Shown here: piece after piece, positions 46,277-51,989 of the stretch
How the letters are laid out: every line of letters starts with the position of its first letter
Numbering within the stretch: the first letter of the stretch is position 1
IMG/VR virus record: IMGVR_UViG_3300031965_000042
Span: 1-51,989 of that record
Source: a virus
Lineage: Duplodnaviria; Caudoviricetes
Reading direction: 5' to 3' (one strand)
Length of the DNA stretch: 51,989 nt
Position numbers and translations under genes: made by a program
The notes under the pieces: model-generated
The model's database searches: none
Told to the model about the DNA's origin: nothing
What the model saw: only the letters and a program-made list of their open reading frames with translations

Positions 46277-46444
46277 CGATGATGGATCACTACGGCACAT
46301 TCGCCGTCATGCGCCTCCCAGACGCCGGGACGCATGGTCAGGTCGATGGTGACCGGCACGCGGATCACCGTGGGGCCCTCCTCTTCGTCACCGCCTGGTC
46401 ACCACGCTAGCTGGCTCCTGGCGGGATGGCGCGGACTTGCACGA

Positions 46445-46483
<39 letters not shown>

Positions 46484-46492
46484 CTTTGCGCG

Positions 46493-46521
46493 GGAATGGC
46501 CGAGTTTCGGGCGTTGGTCAA
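46493..46521 (-). promoter_or_regulatory. putative promoter for the reconstituted tRNA
   Basis: TTGACC-17 bp-CATTCC, 9 nt before the tRNA 5' end. The -10 is weak. Confidence 0.45.
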
Positions 46522-46608
46522 CCATGGATGCCTGCAGGCTCTTGCAGGTTTGGGGTGAACGGCGCAGGAACATGCACGGTCCGGCGCACCACATCGTCAC
46601 CACTTTGT

Positions 46609-47568
46609 TCATTCGCCGTTCCGCTTCAACAATCTCTCGGTGAGGGTGCGATCCTCGCTGGCGTGGCCGTAGGTGTCGAAGACGTGCCTGGGGCTTTTCC
46701 AGTGGCCGAGGCGAGCGACGGTGACCGGATCCACATTGGCCCTCAGGAGCCCGGTAGCGAAGCCGTGGCGGCCGGCCTGGTGCGGCGGGAGATAGACGAG
46801 GCCCGCCTTGGCGCATACCGCCTTCCACGGTCCATAGACCGACCAGCGGGCACTCCAGCCGAACACACGGCGCCAGGGCTCGCGCCCGCCCTCGAGGCCG
46901 GCGATCTCGCTCACCAGGAAAGGCGGCAGGTGCACGCGCGTGTCGTCCTGGCCCTTGGGCCGGCGCAGTATGGCGGAGGCGTTGCCGAAATCGACGTCGC
47001 CCCATCTCAGATCGACGGCGCTGCCGATCCTGGCCCCGGTGAGGAACAGGAACCAGGCGAGCGCCGCCAGCCGCGGAGGAGCATTGGCGGCGAAGACCTC
47101 GATCCATTCCACGGTGCCTGCGCCGCGGATCGCTTTTTGCACGCGAAAGCGCTTGACGCGCAGGACCTGGCACAGCTCCAGCCCGGCGGCATGGTTGATG
47201 ATGGCCTGGGCCGGGGCGATGCCCTGGCGGTTGCGGGTGGCGGGACCGGCCTTGGGATAGAGCGCGATCGCGGCGGCGCGCACCGCGCCGGCGTTGACGT
47301 CGCGCACCGGGTTTTCGCCGAAATGCTTGACCAGGGGGGCGAGGAAACGGGGAGACTTGCCGGCGTCGAGATAGAGGCTGGCGGCCTGGGCGAAGGTCAG
47401 GACCGATTCCGGCCCATAGAGATCACGACGCCATTCTCGCTTTTCGACGGCCGCGCGGATCTCGTCGGCGAGCGGCCGGTCAGCCGTGCCAGCACTTTTG
47501 TGGAATCGACGTCCGGCAACCTGGCCGCGGATCCACCAGATTCTGCCGCGCTTGTAGAGGGTGAGCAT
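46609..47568 (-). CDS. int: tyrosine integrase
   Basis: Motifs TGARIGSA (R), PHQAGRH (H..R), LGHWKS and DTYGH (Y), with an N-terminal arm-binding-like KRGRIWWIRG. Confidence 0.92.
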   Translation of the reverse strand: MLTLYKRGRIWWIRGQVAGRRFHKSAGTADRPLADEIRAAVEKREWRRDLYGPESVLTFAQAASLYLDAGKSPRFLAPLVKHFGENPVRDVNAGAVRAAAIALYPKAGPATRNRQGIAPAQAIINHAAGLELCQVLRVKRFRVQKAIRGAGTVEWIEVFAANAPPRLAALAWFLFLTGARIGSAVDLRWGDVDFGNASAILRRPKGQDDTRVHLPPFLVSEIAGLEGGREPWRRVFGWSARWSVYGPWKAVCAKAGLVYLPPHQAGRHGFATGLLRANVDPVTVARLGHWKSPRHVFDTYGHASEDRTLTERLLKRNGE

Positions 47569-47723
47569 CTGAATTCCGCCTCCAGCCGGGCCACGTCGTC
47601 ATCGGTCAAAAGCATAGTGTTGCCGATAATGAGACACGCGCCAAGTTTTCGCGCGGTCGCGCGCAGGCGGCGCTCGGAGCAGGACCAGGCGCGGGCGAGA
47701 TCGGCGGGGCGTATGTGGTTCAC
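47397..47723 (-). CDS. probable excisionase-like HTH protein overlapping int
   Basis: RPADLARAWSCSERRLRATARKLG; GTG coupled to the upstream stop. Confidence 0.55.
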   Translation of the reverse strand: MNHIRPADLARAWSCSERRLRATARKLGACLIIGNTMLLTDDDVARLEAEFRCSPSTSAAESGGSAARLPDVDSTKVLARLTGRSPTRSARPSKSENGVVISMGRNRS

Positions 47724-48202
47724 CGGTGCCTCTGGCGCACCGCACGGCACCATCCCCCGCAGAGTCGTTCCTTGTTCGGGTCCTCGTGGCAGCCGAACGG
47801 CGCGCTCTCCTGCACCGCCTTCTGATATTCCCGACGCGTGTGCAGAGAGACAGACGCTTCGCTGCCGCGGCGCGCCGCGCACCCGGCGCACACAGGGGGC
47901 AGGTCGCGGACGTGCTGGCGCAATAGCTGCCGGATCTGCTGGCGCGGCATCTTTCGACGCGCGCGCGGGATGAAGGACAGGCAGGTGACGTCGGCGCCGG
48001 GGTCGGTGACCCAGCCGCCCTCCGGCCAGGGCCCGCGGTCGCTCTTCAGCTCGATCATCCCGTCGACGATTGCGCAGTCTGTCTGCCGTTCGCAGTAGCC
48101 GCATAGCATCTGATAGAGATCGCCCCATTCGGCATCGGAGGGAACATAGGGCTCGCGCGCGAGCGCGCCTTTGGCGATCGGTTGCCCACTGGCTGATGTC
48201 AT
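47720..48202 (-). CDS. Cys-rich hypothetical protein
   Basis: Motifs CGYCER, CAGCAAR, FGCHE and LCGGWC. Confidence 0.55.
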   Translation of the reverse strand: MTSASGQPIAKGALAREPYVPSDAEWGDLYQMLCGYCERQTDCAIVDGMIELKSDRGPWPEGGWVTDPGADVTCLSFIPRARRKMPRQQIRQLLRQHVRDLPPVCAGCAARRGSEASVSLHTRREYQKAVQESAPFGCHEDPNKERLCGGWCRAVRQRHR

Positions 48203-48224
48203 TTGCAGCAACGTCGTGGGCGCG

Positions 48225-48470
48225 TCAGTGACAGCGGGCACGGCGCAGTTCCTCGGGTTCATCCTCGACGCGGCCGGCGAACATGCAGCGCTTCATGCGC
48301 GTGGCCAGCGCGTCGATGGCGGTGCAACCTTCTGCGTCCGTCGCCGTGTGCTCGCAGACAAAGACGGCGGTCAGCATGGTCATCGCCTCGACCAGCCTGG
48401 TGACCGAACAATCGGTGCAGGTGTCGAGGATGGTCTCGGCGATCTCGGCGGCGCTGCGGCTTTTCTTCAT
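48225..48470 (-). CDS. hypothetical protein
   Basis: MKKSRSAAEIAETILDTC... Confidence 0.45.
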   Translation of the reverse strand: MKKSRSAAEIAETILDTCTDCSVTRLVEAMTMLTAVFVCEHTATDAEGCTAIDALATRMKRCMFAGRVEDEPEELRRARCH

Positions 48471-48712
48471 GTCACCAGGGTGAGTTTCACAGGAGATTTC
48501 CTTCGGTTTTGCCGATGGCTCTGCGCTTGGGCACGTGAGCCGGCGTCTGCGACGCACGCGCATGGTGGGCGCGGTCGTGGTCGAGGCAGCGCCACGTCCC
48601 CAGCTCCGGCGGGTCGCGCAGAAGGAAGACCCCGGTCCCGAAGGAGGCCGGTCTGTCACAGGGCTGGTCGTGACAGCGGCGCAGGGGGAAATCTTCGGGC
48701 CCGGGCAGCATG

Positions 48713-49036
48713 TCAGGAGGCGATACGCAGGTGCGAACGATTGAGCCGTTCCTTGACGCGCAGTTCCGTCGCGAAACGTCGGCCGGCCTCGGTGAGGGTG
48801 ACGGCAACCTGGTCCTCCTGCTCAAGCGCGGCCAGGCGCATGCCGATGAGGCGGGCGAGGACGCGGTCGTTGAGGTTCTCGCGGTCGCCGCGGCGGCGGA
48901 AGCCTGTGGCGCATCCTTCGAGGCGCAGCGGGTAGGCGGGGCCGGCGCGCAGCTTGAGCAGCATGTCGGCCTCGACCCGCGAAAGGTCGAAGGAACGAAG
49001 GCGGGGGAAGGGGAAGGATCGGGGGAGATTCACCAC
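48713..49036 (-). CDS. hypothetical protein (winged-helix-like)
   Basis: ARLIGMRLA..VTLTEAGRRFA; SD GGGAG. Confidence 0.5.
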   Translation of the reverse strand: MVNLPRSFPFPRLRSFDLSRVEADMLLKLRAGPAYPLRLEGCATGFRRRGDRENLNDRVLARLIGMRLAALEQEDQVAVTLTEAGRRFATELRVKERLNRSHLRIAS

Positions 49037-49245
49037 AGACGCTCCCTGAGATAGTGACCAAGCGACGGGAGCATGCGTCGCCCCCGAGCGCGCTGCCAGG
49101 CGACGAAGGCGGGGATGCTGTCGATGGCGGCCCGCACCTCCTCCGGCGAGAGCGCTTCAAAAAGCGCGTCGTCGGCGAGCGTTACCTTGAGCGGGCGCAG
49201 GGCATCGTCCCAGGCGCGTCGGACCGTATCGAAATCTGCCATCAT
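49030..49245 (-). CDS. hypothetical protein, first gene after PL
   Basis: SD GGAGG; LPSLGHYLRERLW. Confidence 0.55.
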   Translation of the reverse strand: MMADFDTVRRAWDDALRPLKVTLADDALFEALSPEEVRAAIDSIPAFVAWQRARGRRMLPSLGHYLRERLW

Positions 49246-49351
49246 GCCGCCTCCGGAAGATCGAAGGATCGAAGGCGGGGGAAGGAAAACGGCTGCGCGG
49301 TCTCGGTGGTGCTCATGGCATCCGCTCCGTCTGGTATGGACGACGGCCCGG

Positions 49352-49414
49352 ATAATACGCAGCGTATTAAGGAATGGTCAATACGGAACGGAGTTACAGA
49401 ATCCGAAGCGGATT
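49352..49414 (-). promoter_or_regulatory. PL promoter with three operator-like sites
   Basis: TTGACC-18-TATTAT on the minus strand. Palindromes AATACG-cag-CGTATT (49354-68) and AATCCG-aag-CGGATT (49400-14), with a partial site at 49380-94. Confidence 0.7.
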
Positions 49415-49494
49415 TTGTTGGGGACCGCGCAACGGCAAATTCCGATGATGCCTGGTCGCCGAGTGCGGCGGCGGGGGTTCCTCGCGCCGTTTTT

Positions 49495-50223
49495 TCAGAG
49501 GCCGATCAGTTCGCGCAAGGTTAACACCTTGTGCACGCCGGTGATAGTCGGCCGGAGGAAGGTGGTGGTTGCCGCCGGCGGGTTGTGCTTACGCACGGTC
49601 ACCTGGTCCGCCCCCTCGGCGACGAGCACGCCGAGGAAGCCCAATTCCTCCTCGGCCTCGCTGTTTCTGGTGCGCACAACTACGGTGTCGCCCGCCTTCA
49701 CCGGGCGGTGTGGTGACACGTAGATGAGGTCGCCAGGCCCGTAGGCCGGCTGCATGGAGGTGCCGACTACATATAGCGCATAGACGTCGCTGGCACCGGC
49801 GATGCCGGGCAGGCGCGGTACGCGGTCAGCCATGCCGGTGAACCGGATGCGGTCGGCATAGGCGCTTTGCGCGGCGCCGTAGACCGGCACGTCGCGTGGC
49901 ATCTGATCGAGCCTCAGCGGCGGCAATTTCGGGCCGCGACGGAGATCGGGACGCCGCGCCTCTCCGGCGGCCTGGGCCATGTCCTGCGGCGGTTCGTAGC
50001 TCGGCAGCGCCGTGCCCGGCCCGTTGAGGAGCCACCAGGGATCGACCCTGAAACGCCGCGCATAGCGTTTGGCCACGTCCGGGCGCAGGCCGCGGGTGCC
50101 GTTTTCGTGGTGGGCGTAGGTCTGTGGCTTTACCCCCAGAAAATCGGCGGCGGCCTTGCCGGTCGCAAAGCCCGCGCGTTCGCGCAGGAATCTCAGACGT
50201 GCGGACTGCTCGGCATCGGACAT
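49495..50223 (-). CDS. cI: CI-like repressor (XRE HTH plus S24 peptidase)
   Basis: RLRFLRERAG..TYAHHENGTRG, PWWLLNG and ALYVVGTSMQPAYGPGDLIYV. Confidence 0.9.
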   Translation of the reverse strand: MSDAEQSARLRFLRERAGFATGKAAADFLGVKPQTYAHHENGTRGLRPDVAKRYARRFRVDPWWLLNGPGTALPSYEPPQDMAQAAGEARRPDLRRGPKLPPLRLDQMPRDVPVYGAAQSAYADRIRFTGMADRVPRLPGIAGASDVYALYVVGTSMQPAYGPGDLIYVSPHRPVKAGDTVVVRTRNSEAEEELGFLGVLVAEGADQVTVRKHNPPAATTTFLRPTITGVHKVLTLRELIGL

Positions 50224-50248
50224 GATCGCGAGCATTGGCACGCTCTGC

Positions 50249-50309
50249 AATACTCTTGGGATTGACGTTTCTAGAATGCATGGCGCAGCGTCGCAATACG
50301 CAACGTATT
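50249..50309. promoter_or_regulatory. OR operator region
   Basis: Perfect AATACG-caa-CGTATT at 50295-50309 and a degenerate site at 50249-63, between divergent cI and cro. Confidence 0.65.
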
Positions 50310-50319
50310 CCGATTCGCC

Positions 50320-50538
50320 ATGGACGCTGAAGCCATCAAAGCCCTCCGCAGCGAAATGCGCCTCCCGCAGCACGCCTTTGCCGAGCAGATCGGGGTGGAG
50401 CAGGCGACCGTTTCGCGCTGGGAGACCGGCCGGACTCAGCCCTCGCGGGCGGCGGCGCGGCTCCTGCAGCGCTTGGCGCGCCAGGTGGGGAGGAAGGCCC
50501 GCAACGGCGCTGCGCGGGCCAACGGGTCGGCCGAATGA
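50320..50538 (+). CDS. cro: Cro-like HTH repressor
   Basis: IKALRSEMRLPQHAFAEQIGVEQATVSRWETG; divergent from cI. Confidence 0.85.
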   Translation: MDAEAIKALRSEMRLPQHAFAEQIGVEQATVSRWETGRTQPSRAAARLLQRLARQVGRKARNGAARANGSAE

Positions 50539-50930
50539 GCAGGCATGGTGGTCCCTCCCGTGACGTTTTGTTGGACACAATCACGGTTGCGCCGACGCGT
50601 CGATTCAACTCAGTTGCAATCCACGGAAAATCGCATGTTCGGTTAAATTTTCGCGGATTTTTCCTGTCGGTTTTGAACGGCCTTTCGCCGGCGATGCCTC
50701 TTCGTCGGCGGAGCGGTGCGGCCGGGACCAGGTTGGAGCCCCCAATCCGCCCGGCCGTTCTTTTCCTTCTCGTCGGCCTGGCGCTGCTCGCGCTCGGCCT
50801 TGTCGTCACCTTCGTCTTTCTGGCGGCTGCGGCCGTCATCGAGCTTGCCCGGGGCTTATCCTCCCTGGTTTCCCGGGCCGGGCGTCGTTCCAAGGCCCTC
50901 ACTTGGCGGCGCAGTCCCCCAACTACTCAG

Positions 50931-50972
50931 GCCCGATGGCCGGGATCGGCAATCCCGCCGTCGGGCTTTTTT
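50931..50972 (+). terminator. intrinsic terminator (tR1-like)
   Basis: GCCCGATGG..CGGGAT-loop-ATCCCG..CCGTCGGGC-TTTTTT. Confidence 0.6.
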
Positions 50973-50986
50973 CTGGGGGACGGGCG

Positions 50987-51370
50987 ATGACGCGGACGCG
51001 GGCCTTGAGCGAGGGTGAGATCGCGGAGGCGGAGGTCCTGCGCGCAAGAAACCGCAGATTGTGGACCGTCAACAAGCTGGCGAAGCGCTACGGCGTCGCC
51101 TGGACGACGATGTGGGCGGCGCTCGACCCCGGTTATTTGGAGCGCCTGCGCGAACAGCGTCGCCAGTCCATGCACAAGCTGCGCCGCGCCAAGCGGGCAG
51201 AGGGCACGCCGCGGCAGCGGGAGCATTTTGAATATTCCGTCGACCGCGACGCCAGAAACTGCGCGCGCGTCAGCGGCGAGCCGCTGACGCTGACGGGCCG
51301 GATTCTCGGCGACCCGCCGCCTGGGCGCTCGGCGCTCGACAAGAGGCGCATGCAGCAGGCGAACCTATGA
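50987..51370 (+). CDS. HTH-containing hypothetical protein
   Basis: WTVNKLAKRYGVAWTTM and C-terminal LTGRILGDPPPGRSALD. Confidence 0.65.
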   Translation: MTRTRALSEGEIAEAEVLRARNRRLWTVNKLAKRYGVAWTTMWAALDPGYLERLREQRRQSMHKLRRAKRAEGTPRQREHFEYSVDRDARNCARVSGEPLTLTGRILGDPPPGRSALDKRRMQQANL

Positions 51371-51681
51371 CTAATCGGGAACTGGCGCTGATGCTGCTGG
51401 AGGTTCCGGAGCCGGTCCTGGGCGACCCGGCCGACGCGGTGACGCTCGACCTCGCCTTCGCCTGCGCCATCGCCGGCTACGAGCCGGGAAATCTCTTTCT
51501 GCAGGTGTGCCGCATGCGCGGCGCGGCCGCGCGCGCCAACGCCATGTCGCGGCTGTTCTGCCTCACCGAGCTCGTCAACGAGATCCGCGATCGGTTTTTG
51601 GTCAGAGACGCGGAGACCAGCCCGAGCAGCTGGAGCGAAGCGACGGCGTTGCGAACGGCGGAAAAGTCAGGCACGGCATGA
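51367..51681 (+). CDS. hypothetical protein
   Basis: ATGA-coupled on both sides. Confidence 0.55.
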   Translation: MTNRELALMLLEVPEPVLGDPADAVTLDLAFACAIAGYEPGNLFLQVCRMRGAAARANAMSRLFCLTELVNEIRDRFLVRDAETSPSSWSEATALRTAEKSGTA

Positions 51682-51989
51682 GGATCAACCTCGCTCATGG
51701 CTGCGCCCAGCCCGCCGATTGCCAGGCGAAGGGCGACGGTCTGTGCCGCTCCTGCAGCATGCGGATGGTGCAGGGAGGCGCGGCCCGCAAGAAGGCCTTG
51801 GCCGATCCCGAGGTCCGCGCCCGCATGTCGGCGGCCAGCAAGAAGGCCTTGGCCGATCCCGAGGTCCGCGCCCGCATGTCGGCGGCCAGCAAGAAGGCCT
51901 TGGCCGATCCCGAGGTCCGCGCCCGCATGTCGGCGGCCAGCAAGAAGGCCTTGGCCGATCCCGAGGTCCGCGCCCGCATGTCGGCGGCC
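51678..51989 (+). CDS. N-terminal part of the Cys4 plus 17-aa-repeat protein (continues at the window start)
   Basis: MRINLAHGCAQPADCQAKGDGLCRSCSMRMVQGGAARKKALADPEVRARMS...; open to the window end. Confidence 0.85.
   Translation, partial: MRINLAHGCAQPADCQAKGDGLCRSCSMRMVQGGAARKKALADPEVRARMSAASKKALADPEVRARMSAASKKALADPEVRARMSAASKKALADPEVRARMSAA
51780..51989 (+). repeat. 51-bp tandem repeat, about 4 copies
   Basis: Same unit as 1-262. Confidence 0.97.

Noticed and set aside
50535-50990. CII-like gene after cro
   Set aside because: No HTH is seen. The ORF has one hydrophobic stretch and overlaps a terminator, so its coding status is unsupported.

Overview
The window looks like a complete, circularly permuted genome of a high-GC temperate lambda-like siphophage. 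Gene content and the tRNA-Thr target suggest an alphaproteobacterial host (inference). Both ends fall inside one 51-bp tandem repeat within a single ORF, and the attP and integrase are intact. Layout in order: rightward early genes (DGQHR protein, ParB-MT-A70 methyltransferase, DHH and HD hydrolases, an Acb2/Tad1-like protein, ASCH, a replication initiator with internal iterons); a decayed moron scar; a lambda-type head (TerS, GpA terminase, portal, gpW, S49 protease, gpD, gpE); tail genes with a -1 frameshift chaperone, tape measure and a receptor-binding module; RlpA, a GH19 endolysin and many small membrane genes; an attP carrying the 5' half of tRNA-Thr(GGT); a tyrosine integrase; and a cI/cro switch. 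The standout is an 8-gene glycan synthesis and tailoring operon (18577-25180) wedged between the major capsid gene and the head-tail connector. It encodes a Maf/DUF115-like protein, three glycosyltransferases, a SAM methyltransferase, a sulfotransferase, a B12 radical-SAM enzyme and an SqdB/SQD1/Agl3-like UDP-sulfoquinovose synthase. It is a candidate system for coating the virion with an anionic, sulfur-containing, methylated glycan. All family calls come from motifs read by eye; no searches were run.
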